Assembly: GCA_030647955.1 (NCBI GenBank)
Contig: JAUSIQ010000031.1
Span: forward strand, 2,920-66,919
Direction: 5' to 3'
Source of the DNA: a bacterium
GTDB taxonomy: Bacteria > Patescibacteriota > Minisyncoccia > 2-02-FULL-40-12 > IGHO2-12-FULL-4
Length of the DNA stretch: 64,000 nt
In this document: one piece after another, positions 18,267 through 28,894 of the stretch
Position numbering within the stretch: position 1 is the first letter of the stretch
Layout of the letters: every line of letters begins with the position of its first letter
Translations under genes and position numbers: made by a program
The notes under the pieces: model-generated
What the model saw: the letters and a program-made list of their open reading frames with translations, nothing else
The model's database searches: none
What the model was told of the DNA's origin: nothing

Positions 18267-20219
18267 ATGGGTATTGATATCATCACCAACATTGCTCTTA
18301 GTAACATTATCCTGTACTTCCAGGGTGTCTATGTTCAGTTTATCGGGCAAGCCCTAGCCGGACTGGCTAATCTATTTAGTCTATTCTTAAAATCGCAAGG
18401 AAATTACTTTGAAGATATCACTATTGTTAAAACCTCCTGGACCGTCTTTCGTGATTTTGCCAACATGTTCTTTATTCTGATTTTAGTGATTATTGCTTTT
18501 GCTACCATCTTTAACAATCAGAAGTATAACTGGAAGGGGCTGATTGCTAAGTTTTTACTTGCCGCCTTGCTTATAAACTTCAGCTTGGTGATTGGCGGAT
18601 TCATCATCAATATCGCTTCCACTCTCAACAATGTCATGCTTGCTCAATTTTCCGATATCACCGAAAACTTGGCGGGGGGATTTGGTTTACATAACTTAAT
18701 CAACGCCAGTCAGACCAAAGTCACGGGCAATACGGAAATAGCCGTCGCTTCGGCCATCATATCCACTATTGGAATCATAATTGTTGCTACCATCACCTTT
18801 CTTTCTATGCTGGCGGCTTTCGTATTCTCTATAGTCCGCGTCCCGATTCTTTGGGCTCTGTTGATTGTTTCTCCTCTAGCTTGGATTGCCAGTATTTTGC
18901 CAGGTACTAGAAAAATGTACAGCGATTGGTGGAAGGCTTTTCTCGGTTGGACCTTCTTTATGCCCATGTATCTTTTTACCTTAGTTATGGGTATTGCTAT
19001 TTTAGCTAACCGTCCCGACTTAGATGCCGCCGCCAAAATGTCTATTAGCCAAGACGTTCTTTCTCGCACCGGTAATTTATTTGGCTTCGCCGCTCAGGAT
19101 ATTTTCTTTTACATTCTGACTATTATCATTTTAATCGGCGGCCTAGGATTGTCCTTAAAAATGAGCTTCGCTGGTTCCAGCGGAGTAACCAAGGTCTTTG
19201 GCGGAATTAGTAAGGGCATAAACGGTTATGTAAAGAGACAGGCTGGAGTTACTGGTGCGCAAGAGGCCTTTAATCGCGTTAAGAAAGAGGGGCTGCCGGA
19301 AAAATGGGGTTGGGCTGGGCAACTATATACCGGAAGTCGTGGCGCTCAGAAAACTACCGCTAACCGTGAGCAGTGGCTGTCTAAGCAATTAGGCTTCCGC
19401 CCAGACATGAAGCGGCAGAAGCAGGAAGTGGGAGAAATTGATGCTGAGATCGGGCGCTTACGCGATTTGGAATCAGCTGGCCAACTCAAAGTAGACGGTG
19501 CCTTTGCTACTGAGGCTTACAAAAAGGACCGCAATTCCATTCGTGGAGCCGCCGAGCGTATGCTGTTATATGAAAAAGGTATGATTGATGGTACGGAATT
19601 CCAAAAAGACCAGCTTGGTTGGATCGAAAAGAATCCTTTCTTAGCCCAATCATCCGCGGATAAAGCTGAAAAAGGTAAGTACAAGAAAGTTCCTCCTAAG
19701 GACTTGATTAATATGGCTAAAGCAGAAGGTGCTTATGCCGGTTTTAAGACCGATGCCGCTACCGCTACCAGAAAGAAATGGTATAAGCATATTCAAGGAG
19801 ACGCCAAAGCTTTATCTGATAGTGAGTTTAATGATCAAGCCCTGATTAATGGTATTGGGATATTCGGCGCCGACACGCCAGAAGGTGGAGACTTTATTAA
19901 AGACGTTGGAAAAGTACGTCCAGATCTAGTTGCAAACTACAACCTGACCCTTCCTCCTACTAAAATTGGTGCCCCAGTGTTAACAAAAGCTGAGCACATC
20001 GAAAAGATGCTTAAAGATCCAGAAGACATTGCTAAAATGCCGATGGATGTATGGAATAATTCGAATTTTATTACTGCGTTAGCATCTAAATTTGCAGCTC
20101 TTGCCGCTACAAAAAAGGGTACAAAAGCCGTAAACGACTATAGGACTAAACTTGAAAATGCCGTAATAAACAATAACTTTGGAGCAGATCGAGCTGATAA
20201 GCTATCTAAGATTCCATAA
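18267..20219 (+). CDS. polytopic membrane protein, VirB6/TrbL-like (inference)
   Basis: 650 aa with at least 6 predicted TM helices and a long charged C-terminal domain; sits in a cluster with a VirB4-like ATPase. Confidence 0.45.
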   Translation: MGIDIITNIALSNIILYFQGVYVQFIGQALAGLANLFSLFLKSQGNYFEDITIVKTSWTVFRDFANMFFILILVIIAFATIFNNQKYNWKGLIAKFLLAALLINFSLVIGGFIINIASTLNNVMLAQFSDITENLAGGFGLHNLINASQTKVTGNTEIAVASAIISTIGIIIVATITFLSMLAAFVFSIVRVPILWALLIVSPLAWIASILPGTRKMYSDWWKAFLGWTFFMPMYLFTLVMGIAILANRPDLDAAAKMSISQDVLSRTGNLFGFAAQDIFFYILTIIILIGGLGLSLKMSFAGSSGVTKVFGGISKGINGYVKRQAGVTGAQEAFNRVKKEGLPEKWGWAGQLYTGSRGAQKTTANREQWLSKQLGFRPDMKRQKQEVGEIDAEIGRLRDLESAGQLKVDGAFATEAYKKDRNSIRGAAERMLLYEKGMIDGTEFQKDQLGWIEKNPFLAQSSADKAEKGKYKKVPPKDLINMAKAEGAYAGFKTDAATATRKKWYKHIQGDAKALSDSEFNDQALINGIGIFGADTPEGGDFIKDVGKVRPDLVANYNLTLPPTKIGAPVLTKAEHIEKMLKDPEDIAKMPMDVWNNSNFITALASKFAALAATKKGTKAVNDYRTKLENAVINNNFGADRADKLSKIP

Positions 20220-20685
20220 ACATATGCCGGACACATTAGATCAAAACACAGAGGGTCGATATGACACTCCCTACAGCGTGACGTTAAGGGAATTTTTTGA
20301 TGCATCCCAGAAAGTAAAGTACATAGAACGTATTTTACTTTTACCCGACAGACTAATTAGAGTTCTATTTGATTTTAAGATCGCAGAATTTATCGAAGAA
20401 GACTTGGGCCCTCGCTTCAACCTATCCGAAGAACAAAAAAAAGAATTAACTAAAATTATTCGCGATATATTATTATCCGATCTTTCCATAAATCAGTTGC
20501 CGCAAAAGATTCAAGAAAAAACAAAGGTTAACCAGAATGAGGCAGGGGATATAACTAAAGAGCTGCTCACCAAGGTTTTTGCCCCCGTTTTGAGTGATTT
20601 AAAAAGAATGCAGCCGCCACCTCCCGCGCCGCCTCTGAATAATCAAAATAATGTTTTAGATTTAAGAAACAAGAATAATAGTTAA
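20179..20685 (+). CDS. hypothetical protein
   Basis: 168-aa ORF overlapping the upstream gene by 40 nt; internal Met at 20224 is a more likely start. Confidence 0.4.
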   Translation: MEQIELISYLRFHKHMPDTLDQNTEGRYDTPYSVTLREFFDASQKVKYIERILLLPDRLIRVLFDFKIAEFIEEDLGPRFNLSEEQKKELTKIIRDILLSDLSINQLPQKIQEKTKVNQNEAGDITKELLTKVFAPVLSDLKRMQPPPPAPPLNNQNNVLDLRNKNNS

Positions 20686-20690
20686 AGATT

Positions 20691-20978
20691 ATGCGTTTTC
20701 AGGTTCCACAATTTATTGAGACAGAAGAAAAGATTATCGGCCCCTTCACGCTCAAACAGTTTATCTTTATCGCGATCGGAGGAGCATTATTGTTTTTAAT
20801 CTTCTTTATCACTCCTCCAACGATCTTTCTTTTTATCGCTATTCCCGTCGGAGCGATCTTCCTTGGTTTGGCATTGTTAAAAATAGACGACATTCCCATT
20901 TACCTTTATCTTTATTATTTTCTTAATTACCTAGTAAACCCGCGTCGCTATATTTACAGCCCAAAGAAGGATAGCTAA
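20691..20978 (+). CDS. small two-TM membrane protein (VirB3-like position)
   Basis: 95 aa, two hydrophobic helices; upstream of VirB4-like ATPase. Confidence 0.4.
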   Translation: MRFQVPQFIETEEKIIGPFTLKQFIFIAIGGALLFLIFFITPPTIFLFIAIPVGAIFLGLALLKIDDIPIYLYLYYFLNYLVNPRRYIYSPKKDS

Positions 20979-21067
20979 AAGTTATAATGTTCATAAAGTT
21001 CTTAAAGTTTTATAATTTGTAGCTACTTTATAAACTTTACACTTGATGAACTTGATAAACCAACCCC

Positions 21068-21694
21068 ATGGCTTCCCCTGGTCTTAACACCAAACAATTT
21101 GTTGATATTCACGATATCAAAGAAGACGTCATCATTCTTAAGAATGGTTCTTTGCGTATGATCGTCGAGGTGGGTTCGATTAATTTTGATCTGAAATCCA
21201 GCGACGAACAGATTGCCATCGTCGACGGTTTTAAGAACTTCTTAAACTCCTTAGATTTTCCACTACAAATCGTTATTCATTCTCGAAAACTCAATATCGA
21301 AGACTATCTTTCGCGTACCTCTCAAACCGTAGAAAACATCGGTAATGAGCTCTTACGTATCCAAGGAGTGGAATATGTAAAATTCGTGCGAGGCCTTGTA
21401 GAGCTCTCCAACGTCATGTCCAAGAGATTCTATGTGGTCATTCCTTTCTATATTCTAGAAACGACCGAATCCAAGAAAAGTGTTTGGGAAAGCATCAAGT
21501 TAACCTTCGGATCGTCTAAAAACAAGGTGGCTCTTTTGCAGGACAAAGAATTTGAGATCTACAAAGCACAAATCCAACAGCGCGCTGAACTAATCTTTGA
21601 TGGATTGCAGGGCATGGGCATTGGCGCCCGATTTTTGACCACCGAGGAATTGGTAAATATGTTTTCTAAGTTGTATAACCCCGATCTTGTTTAA
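21068..21694 (+). CDS. hypothetical protein (possibly a split N-terminal domain of VirB4)
   Basis: 208 aa, directly upstream (5-nt gap) of a VirB4-like ATPase that is shorter than typical; ACTTGATAAAC motif 7 nt upstream of the ATG. Confidence 0.4.
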   Translation: MASPGLNTKQFVDIHDIKEDVIILKNGSLRMIVEVGSINFDLKSSDEQIAIVDGFKNFLNSLDFPLQIVIHSRKLNIEDYLSRTSQTVENIGNELLRIQGVEYVKFVRGLVELSNVMSKRFYVVIPFYILETTESKKSVWESIKLTFGSSKNKVALLQDKEFEIYKAQIQQRAELIFDGLQGMGIGARFLTTEELVNMFSKLYNPDLV

Positions 21695-21699
21695 AAATT

Positions 21700-23490
21700 A
21701 TGTCACCAAAAGAAATTATTAATCTAGAAACGGTCTTAGGTAGCGATAACCAACAGGAGGGTGCCCTGGAAGATCGCTTTGCCCCGAGTGCCGTTAATAT
21801 CAACGCCAACAACGTCCAGATCGGTGAGGTTTTAGTGCGCACTCTTTTTCTTTCTACTCTGCCGCGCTACCTTAATACGAATTGGTTTTCGCCCATTATT
21901 AATTTGGACCGTGTTTTTGATGCCTCTCTTTTTATTCACCCTGCCAATTCTGGCGATGTCTTAAAGAAACTGCGCGATAAGCTGACGCGTTTACAGGCTC
22001 AATCTATTGAAGAGGCTAACCAAGGCAAAGTGCGCAACCCCATCTTAGACACCGCCCTTCAGGACATCGAAGCTCTCCGCGACCAGATCCAGCAGGGAAC
22101 TGACCGTTTCTTTGAATTTGGGGTTTACGTTACTATCTATGGTAAAGACGAAAAAGAATTAAGCGAGATCGAATCAAAAATTAAAGGCTACTTGGATGCC
22201 CAGTTAATTTACATCAAACAAGCTACTTTCCGCATGAAGGAGGGTTTTTTATCCACTATGCCTTTGAACAATGACGTGCTTAGTGCGCATAATTCTCTCA
22301 ACACCGAACCGATCTCTTCTTCCTTTCCTTTTGTTTCCTACGATCTAACTTCGGATAGTGGCGTCTTATACGGCATCAACACTCACAACAACTCCTTAGT
22401 AATTTTTGATCGTTTCAGTCTACCAAACTACAACATGGTAGTTTTTGGTAGTTCCGGAAGCGGTAAAAGTTACGTTGTTAAATTAGAATTATTGCGCAGC
22501 TTGATGATTGGTACCGAGGTTTTCATTATCGATCCGGAAAACGAATACCGTCACTTGGCCGGCACTGTCGGAGGATCGGTCGTAGACATTTCCATCGCCT
22601 CTGACAGTCACATTAACCCCTTCGACCTGCCAGATTTACAAGAGGGGGAGGACTTTAAAGAGGTGTTCCGTAGTCATATTTTAGACCTTACCGGTTTATT
22701 AAAATTAATGATGGGAGAACTTACTCCTGAAGAGGCCTCTCTCTTGGATGAAGCGCTTATTCAGGCCTATGCTTTAAAAGATATCACACCGGAGAATAAC
22801 GGGGGAAAGGGCGAAGTACCTCTATTATCGGATTTTCAGAATATTTTAGAAGGATTGGCCGGCGCTGAATCATTAGCGATTCGTATCCGAAAATACACCC
22901 AAGGCACTTTCTCGGGATTCTTAAACCAACCCACTAACGTTTCATTAAATAAACAATTGGTTGTCTTTGGTATTCGAGATATGGAAGAAGAGTTACGCCC
23001 CATCGCCATGTACTTAGTTCTAAACTACATCTGGGCCAAAGTGCGCTCACAAATGAAGAAAAGAATTTTGGTGGTAGACGAGGCGTGGTGGCTACTGAAA
23101 TACGACGCCGGAGGACAATTCTTACTGAACGTCGCCAAGCGTGCCCGTAAGTATTTCTTAGGATTAACCACCATCTCCCAAGACGTGCAGGACTTTTTAA
23201 GCTCTCCCAATGGTAAGCCTATCGTTACCAACTCGTCTTTTCAGCTGCTGATGAAGCAATCAGCCGCCGCCATTGATGTTATTAAAGATGCCTTCCACCT
23301 CACGGATGCCGAAAAATTCTTATTACTGGAATCAACCGTCGGTCACGGCCTATTCTTTGCTGGTCCCAACCATGTTGGTATCCGTATCGTCCCGTCTTAT
23401 GTCGAAGACCAAATTATTACCTCCGACCCTCGTCAGCTAATGGAAATTGAGCAGGCCAAGAAAGAATGGGCTAAAGAGCAAAAGAAATAG
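21700..23490 (+). CDS. VirB4/TrbE/TraC-family type IV secretion ATPase
   Basis: Walker A VVFGSSGSGKSY, Walker B ILVVDEAWWLL (DEAW typical of VirB4), 596 aa. Confidence 0.8.
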   Translation: MSPKEIINLETVLGSDNQQEGALEDRFAPSAVNINANNVQIGEVLVRTLFLSTLPRYLNTNWFSPIINLDRVFDASLFIHPANSGDVLKKLRDKLTRLQAQSIEEANQGKVRNPILDTALQDIEALRDQIQQGTDRFFEFGVYVTIYGKDEKELSEIESKIKGYLDAQLIYIKQATFRMKEGFLSTMPLNNDVLSAHNSLNTEPISSSFPFVSYDLTSDSGVLYGINTHNNSLVIFDRFSLPNYNMVVFGSSGSGKSYVVKLELLRSLMIGTEVFIIDPENEYRHLAGTVGGSVVDISIASDSHINPFDLPDLQEGEDFKEVFRSHILDLTGLLKLMMGELTPEEASLLDEALIQAYALKDITPENNGGKGEVPLLSDFQNILEGLAGAESLAIRIRKYTQGTFSGFLNQPTNVSLNKQLVVFGIRDMEEELRPIAMYLVLNYIWAKVRSQMKKRILVVDEAWWLLKYDAGGQFLLNVAKRARKYFLGLTTISQDVQDFLSSPNGKPIVTNSSFQLLMKQSAAAIDVIKDAFHLTDAEKFLLLESTVGHGLFFAGPNHVGIRIVPSYVEDQIITSDPRQLMEIEQAKKEWAKEQKK

Positions 23491-23499
23491 CGTAACATC

Positions 23500-24108
23500 A
23501 TGGACCAAGAAGAATACCAAGCGCAGGAATTAATTATCGCTAGAAACCAAGCCTTCCTTGCTAGAGAGAGGGCTGAAGCCGAAGAAAAAGCTCAAAAAGA
23601 ACAGCACGAAAAGGATAAAATGGGCTGGGGCGTTTTTATATTTGCCCTAGTTTTAAGTATTATCGCGGACATTGTTGAGATAGTCACTCTTGGTACTATT
23701 GGTTGGCTAGTGGGATTAGTGATTGATTTTATATTATTCATCACTTTTGGCATGACTCGCGCCGGTCAAAAGCAATGGAAGAAATTAGTCGGCGCTTTAG
23801 TCGCAGAATCTATTCCTGGTATCAACATCTTGCCAGTTCGCAGCATAATGGTCATCTGGAGCTTTATTGCTTCTCGTCCGAAGTTAATAGGAAAACTAGA
23901 TAAAGTCCTCAAAGTTGCCTCAAAAATTCCTTCGCCCATCGCGGCCCAACTTAAACTTGCCTCTAAGGCTGTAAGCATGGCTTCTGCCGCTGAACAGGGT
24001 GATATTAAAGGAGCTCTTCGCGCCGCAACTGCTTTTAAAGGCACCAATAAGCCTTCGGCAAAAGCTGGCACAGTTGGTGCTGATATTGAAGCCAAGGAAG
24101 CGGCATGA
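23500..24108 (+). CDS. membrane protein, hypothetical
   Basis: 202 aa; charged coiled N-terminus, then two TM helices. Confidence 0.4.
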   Translation: MDQEEYQAQELIIARNQAFLARERAEAEEKAQKEQHEKDKMGWGVFIFALVLSIIADIVEIVTLGTIGWLVGLVIDFILFITFGMTRAGQKQWKKLVGALVAESIPGINILPVRSIMVIWSFIASRPKLIGKLDKVLKVASKIPSPIAAQLKLASKAVSMASAAEQGDIKGALRAATAFKGTNKPSAKAGTVGADIEAKEAA

Positions 24109-24120
24109 TAAAGTAATACT

Positions 24121-25197
24121 ATGTATTCTAAAGTTGTTCTAGTTTGTCTTATAGTTATTCTCGCTGGTTTAGTTTTGTTTTTGGGTGGCTATTTACTGAC
24201 CGATAAAAATCCGGGACAAAAAGCGAACATCGCTAATTTAAGCGGCTTCGACTCTGAAGAAGAGGGGAGCCAATCAGATCCCGCCTCGCGTCTCTATCGT
24301 TTAAGCACCACCAAAGCTACTAGTCCGGCTTTATCTGAAGATGGCAAAAGAGTATTGTTTTTCGAAGCAGCTTCCGGAAAAGTTTTAGACAGTGATTTTG
24401 AAGGAAAAGATAGCACTGTAGTTTCCGGTAAGCTCCTCACGGGCTTTTCCACAGCAGAGTGGTCGCGTAGTGGTTATGAAACACTTATTGCCCTGCGCTC
24501 TAAAAACAATCTAGGCTATTCGTACTTTAATCTAAAAACTGGACAAATTTCTAAGTTAAATCCCAAGATTACTAATCCCGTTTGGTCACCGAGTGGTCAA
24601 AAAATTGCTTACCTCTTCTTCGATTCTGCAGCGGGAGAAGGACAGATCAGCGTCTCTAATCCAGACGGATCAGTTTACAAGAATGTTTTACCTGCTCGTC
24701 TCGATCAAATCGCCGTATTATGGCCTAAAGACAACCTTCTCGCTTTTCATAATCGTACCGGAGAAGAACGCACTTTATTTAGCTTATCGGCCGACGGAGA
24801 ACAGCTCGAAAAGCTCCTTGGTCCGCTTGCCAACCTAAAAGTACTTTGGTCTCCCGATGCCTCCAAGATTTGGATTTCTTACACTGTAGACCAACAGAAA
24901 AAGGCTAGTTTAGTGGATGTAAAGAATCGAACCGAAACCGCTTTTGATTTAATTACGAGCGCCGACAAATGTGTCTGGAGTGCCAACTCCGTCCAGGTTT
25001 ATTGCGGAGGAAAAACTGCCGAGGATCAATCCGAAGGTCTTTTTAATGTCGACACCAAAACTTCTAAGGTCCATCATCTATTTTCTCCCTCGGGAGCAGA
25101 AGATATCGACATCGCCAATCCTTTTCTAGCTCCCGCCGAAAATTACATTATTTTCATAAACGCATACGACCAATATTTGTACAGTATATCCCTCTAA
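24121..25197 (+). CDS. secreted TolB-like beta-propeller protein
   Basis: N-terminal TM/signal; repeated WSPSGQKIAY / WSPDASKIW blade motifs. Confidence 0.5.
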   Translation: MYSKVVLVCLIVILAGLVLFLGGYLLTDKNPGQKANIANLSGFDSEEEGSQSDPASRLYRLSTTKATSPALSEDGKRVLFFEAASGKVLDSDFEGKDSTVVSGKLLTGFSTAEWSRSGYETLIALRSKNNLGYSYFNLKTGQISKLNPKITNPVWSPSGQKIAYLFFDSAAGEGQISVSNPDGSVYKNVLPARLDQIAVLWPKDNLLAFHNRTGEERTLFSLSADGEQLEKLLGPLANLKVLWSPDASKIWISYTVDQQKKASLVDVKNRTETAFDLITSADKCVWSANSVQVYCGGKTAEDQSEGLFNVDTKTSKVHHLFSPSGAEDIDIANPFLAPAENYIIFINAYDQYLYSISL

Positions 25198-25241
25198 ACA
25201 GCAAAAACTCCCCGCCTAGGCGGGGAGTTTTTGCTGAAGGA

Positions 25242-25730
25242 CTAAATGGTCAATGGTCGGATAACGACGCGTCTTTGAGGCTCTTCGCCAATACTTTCAG
25301 TTTCGATATCAGGATAGGAGGCGAGTTCGATGTGCACTAACCGGCGCTCATAAGAGGACATGGGAACAAGAGCCTCGGCTTTTTTATTATCTCGCACTCG
25401 ATTAGCCACTTCCACGGCACTTTTGACGATTACTTTAGCGCGGGATTTACGATAATCGTTAATATCTAAAGCGAAGTTGATCTGTCCGGGAGCTTTTTTA
25501 AAAGCGATGACTTTAGTAATGTGCTCAATCGCTTTTAAGTTTTGTCCATTCTTTCCAATCAGCATACTGAGATCATCTGGAGAATAGATGGAAATAACTT
25601 TTAAAGTAGGATCTTTTTCGTTTGGTAATACTTCTAGAGTTGCTTCATAACCAAGTTGAGAAACCACATCCTTGACGATGTTTTTTACGATCTGGTGCTG
25701 TTCGTTTTTCTCAAGGTTTAATTCGCTCAT
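25242..25730 (-). CDS. jag: Jag/KhpB RNA-binding protein (KH + R3H domains)
   Basis: KH-like IGKNGQNLKAIEHI and R3H-like YERRLVHIELA; conserved position downstream of yidC. Confidence 0.8.
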   Translation of the reverse strand: MSELNLEKNEQHQIVKNIVKDVVSQLGYEATLEVLPNEKDPTLKVISIYSPDDLSMLIGKNGQNLKAIEHITKVIAFKKAPGQINFALDINDYRKSRAKVIVKSAVEVANRVRDNKKAEALVPMSSYERRLVHIELASYPDIETESIGEEPQRRVVIRPLTI

Positions 25731-25733
25731 AGA

Positions 25734-26450
25734 TTAGACTGTCTTCGGTACAGCTCTTCGCACCCACCATTGTTCGAAGACAGAAAACAACGTGGTCACT
25801 GCCCAGTACAAAACCAATCCTGCGGGCAAGTTCCAACCAATAATTATAATCATAACCGGGAAGAAATACAACATTTGTCTATTCATTGCGCTTAAATCTG
25901 GACCGGATCCGGGAGTAGCTGGAGTATTAGATTTGGGCGGTAAACTCAACTTGGATTGAATAAATTGGAGACCTGCCGCAATAAACACCAAAACAAGATT
26001 ACGCGAGGCGAGATCAATAAATCCTAGAGAAATATTATTAATCACTTCTGGTCTATTCACAAATCCATATAATAGATCAAGACTTTCGGGCTTAAATCCA
26101 TTAAGAAAAGCGCGATAGAGGGCAATAAGAAAGGGGAGTTGGACTAACAAAGGCAGACAACCCGAGATGGGACTAATCTGGTTTTCTTTATAGAGAGCCA
26201 TCGTCGCTTGTGCTTGAGCAGCTTTGTCATTCTTATACTTTTCTTGAATAGTTTTCAGCTTCGGCTGCAATTCGGCTAATTTCTTTTGGGAGCGTGTAGC
26301 CTTAATAGACCATGGCATGAAGACTACTCGCACCAAAACCGTAAGCACGACAATCGCCACCCCAAAATCGTTTCCGGGAATAATATTGTAAATCCCCACT
26401 AAAAGGTTGAAAATCGGCTTATAAAGTATTTCTCTAAAAAGTGTGCTCAT
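25734..26450 (-). CDS. yidC: membrane protein insertase YidC/Oxa1 family (short form)
   Basis: 238 aa, polytopic, CLPLLVQLPFLIALYRAF motif; synteny with yidD-rnpA-rpmH. Confidence 0.85.
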   Translation of the reverse strand: MSTLFREILYKPIFNLLVGIYNIIPGNDFGVAIVVLTVLVRVVFMPWSIKATRSQKKLAELQPKLKTIQEKYKNDKAAQAQATMALYKENQISPISGCLPLLVQLPFLIALYRAFLNGFKPESLDLLYGFVNRPEVINNISLGFIDLASRNLVLVFIAAGLQFIQSKLSLPPKSNTPATPGSGPDLSAMNRQMLYFFPVMIIIIGWNLPAGLVLYWAVTTLFSVFEQWWVRRAVPKTV

Positions 26451-26468
26451 AAATTTAAAAACGGTTTA

Positions 26469-26714
26469 TTACTTACGAGAGGGGACGAGGTCCACACCGC
26501 GGGCACCCCACGGATGACATCGTCCAATTCTTTTTAATGCTAACCAAGTGCCTTTCCAGGCACCATGTTTCAGTAAAGCTTCTTCGGCATACTCTGAACA
26601 AGTAGGCACAAAGCGGCAATCAGCCGCCAAAAATGGTTTGAATAGCGGTAAAATCACCAGTAAAAAAACTTTTTTATAACCGGTGCTGATTAATTGGGTG
26701 AGGACTTTAGTCAT
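26469..26714 (-). CDS. yidD: membrane protein insertion efficiency factor YidD
   Basis: [15 protein letters not shown]...[12 protein letters not shown] signature. Confidence 0.85.
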   Translation of the reverse strand: MTKVLTQLISTGYKKVFLLVILPLFKPFLAADCRFVPTCSEYAEEALLKHGAWKGTWLALKRIGRCHPWGARGVDLVPSRK

Positions 26715-26748
26715 AACTCCTAAGTGTATTAGAAATAAGATTAGTTAC

Positions 26749-27102
26749 TTAGACAATATTGGCTTTTTGTAATATATCTCTTAAGCTACTACTGACTTCC
26801 CTATATTTTTTATTTTTAACTCCGGTTTGAGCCATAATTATAAAATCTGTATGAGAAGTTTTCGAGTTTGAAACCGCTGTGACAATATTTCGAAGAGCAG
26901 CACTAATCGTTCTTTTAAGTTTATTTCTCTCTACGGCTTTAGAAGCAATGGATACCGGAACTACTATCGCCGCTCGATCAGTTAAGAGACTGTTCCTAAT
27001 AAATTTGATCAGAAAAAAGCTATTACGCAGACTAGAACCGGTCTTCAATATTTTTTCAAAGTCTTTTTTCTTCTTTATTCTGCTTTGTTTAGGTAAAGCC
27101 AT
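26749..27102 (-). CDS. rnpA: ribonuclease P protein component
   Basis: 117 aa basic protein with KLKR motif; start codon overlaps rpmH stop (TAATG); canonical rpmH-rnpA order. Confidence 0.75.
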   Translation of the reverse strand: MALPKQSRIKKKKDFEKILKTGSSLRNSFFLIKFIRNSLLTDRAAIVVPVSIASKAVERNKLKRTISAALRNIVTAVSNSKTSHTDFIIMAQTGVKNKKYREVSSSLRDILQKANIV

Positions 27103-27239
27103 TAAATAGTCAATTTCTTTCTTCCTTTGCGCATGCGGCGACGCAAAACTTTCTGTCCCGCATTAGTGCGTGATCTTTTTAAAAACCCGTGTTTTTTCTT
27201 TCTTTTCCTGGACTTGGGACGATAAAGTGTAGCTTTCAT
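27102..27239 (-). CDS. rpmH: 50S ribosomal protein L34
   Basis: Not in ORF track (45 aa). Reverse-strand translation gives [45 protein letters not shown]. Confidence 0.85.
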   Translation of the reverse strand: MKATLYRPKSRKRKKKHGFLKRSRTNAGQKVLRRRMRKGRKKLTI

Positions 27240-27529
27240 TTCTTTCTAGTTAGTATTCACTTCTGTACGGCTTTCAGAAGTAAAGACTTCCTGTATTAAA
27301 CATTTTCTTTACCATTCTCGGACTTATTCACATATGTAAACTGCCTGGGCCGCTTAAGTAGGAGAATGAATGTGCTTTAAATCATAATAAAATTTTCCGC
27401 AAATGTCAAAGAGTCAAATTTACTCTTTCCACTTTTTATACACAGGTTATGCACCGTTCAAGATTGTTCTTTATTCCATTTATTTGAAGTACAATACCCC
27501 TATAAGATAAGTATTATTTTCTCGCCACT

Positions 27530-28894
27530 ATGACAAAGGAAGAATTATGGAAAGCAGTACTAGGAGAGATGGAAACATCTTTGTCTAAAGCTAATTTTAC
27601 CACCTGGTTTAAGAACACCTCAATTGTCGCTAGCGAAACTGATTCGATCGTCGTTAGTGTTCCAAATGGATTCATCAAAGAATGGTTAGAAAATAAGTTT
27701 AATAAACAAATTCTAACCTCTATCCAACACCTCGTTCCGGAGATTCGAGAGGTGCGCTACACTATTGGTAATAATAATCCGTTTTTAAATGCCAAGAAGG
27801 ATTTCTCTCAGTTCGTACCAGACAAATTAGCGGACCAGAAACAATCCGGAGAAGTTAACCCTCAAACCAACTTAAATAAGAAGTATTCTTTTGATTCCTT
27901 TGTGGTGGGTTCTCATAACGAACTGGCTCATGCGGCTACTTTGGCCGTTTCTAAAGGACCGGGAAAGGTTTATAACCCGCTATTTCTTTATGGGGGAGTG
28001 GGGTTAGGAAAAACCCACTTATTACAATCCACTGGCAATAAAGTCTTAGAAGATGATCCTACTAAGAAGATTCTCTACATTCCGTCCGAGCGTCTTACTC
28101 AAGAAATTGTTGAATCGGTACGTAATAAAAGCGTAGAAGATTTAAAACATCGTTACGCCAAAATTGATGTATTAATCATTGATGATATTCAATTTATTGC
28201 CGGTAAAGAAAAGACCCAAGAAATTATTTTCTCTACCTTCAACGAACTTTACGGAAAGAATAAACAGATCATCCTATCCTCAGATCGTCCTCCTAAGGCC
28301 ATCCCAGCCCTCGAGGAGCGCCTCCGCTCCCGCTTTGAAGGGGGAATGATCGCTGACGTCAGTTTACCGGATTACGAGACACGTTTGGCTATTTTAAAAA
28401 TGAAATCAAAGCAGAAAAACTTTGAATTAGATGAGAATGTTTACAGTTATATTGCCACTAATATTCAAAAGAATATTCGCGAGCTAGAAGGAGCTTTAAA
28501 TCGAGTTATAGCGGTCAGTCAAATATATAATAAGAGCCTAGACCTTAAAGAAGTAAAAAAGCTCTTAGTAACCTACTTAAGTACGCCATATAAGAAGACT
28601 ACTCCTCAATTAATTTTAAAATCTGTCTCCGATTTTTATGGTATCTCCCTTCAAGATCTCGTCAAAAGAAGCCGCAAAAAAGAAGTAGTCCGCCCTCGAC
28701 AAATTGCTATGTATCTTTTGCGAGAAGAAACCAAGTCTTCTTTTCCAGAAATCGGCCAAAAATTAGGCGGACGCGACCACTCTACTGTTATCCATGCTTA
28801 CGAAAAAGTTAAAACCGAAGAAGAAAGCGACGAAGCAACCAAACAAGAATTAGTATTAATCAAAGAAAGAATTTACCAGTCTATGGATAAGTAG
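27530..28894 (+). CDS. dnaA: chromosomal replication initiator DnaA
   Basis: Walker [12 protein letters not shown], Walker [10 protein letters not shown]-terminal DNA-binding helix RPRQIAMYL; 454 aa. Confidence 0.95.
   Translation: MTKEELWKAVLGEMETSLSKANFTTWFKNTSIVASETDSIVVSVPNGFIKEWLENKFNKQILTSIQHLVPEIREVRYTIGNNNPFLNAKKDFSQFVPDKLADQKQSGEVNPQTNLNKKYSFDSFVVGSHNELAHAATLAVSKGPGKVYNPLFLYGGVGLGKTHLLQSTGNKVLEDDPTKKILYIPSERLTQEIVESVRNKSVEDLKHRYAKIDVLIIDDIQFIAGKEKTQEIIFSTFNELYGKNKQIILSSDRPPKAIPALEERLRSRFEGGMIADVSLPDYETRLAILKMKSKQKNFELDENVYSYIATNIQKNIRELEGALNRVIAVSQIYNKSLDLKEVKKLLVTYLSTPYKKTTPQLILKSVSDFYGISLQDLVKRSRKKEVVRPRQIAMYLLREETKSSFPEIGQKLGGRDHSTVIHAYEKVKTEEESDEATKQELVLIKERIYQSMDK

Noticed and set aside
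27240-27529. rpmH-dnaA spacer as primary oriC
   Set aside because: Only one imperfect DnaA box was seen there. The dnaA-dnaN spacer has a much denser box cluster, though a bipartite origin cannot be excluded.
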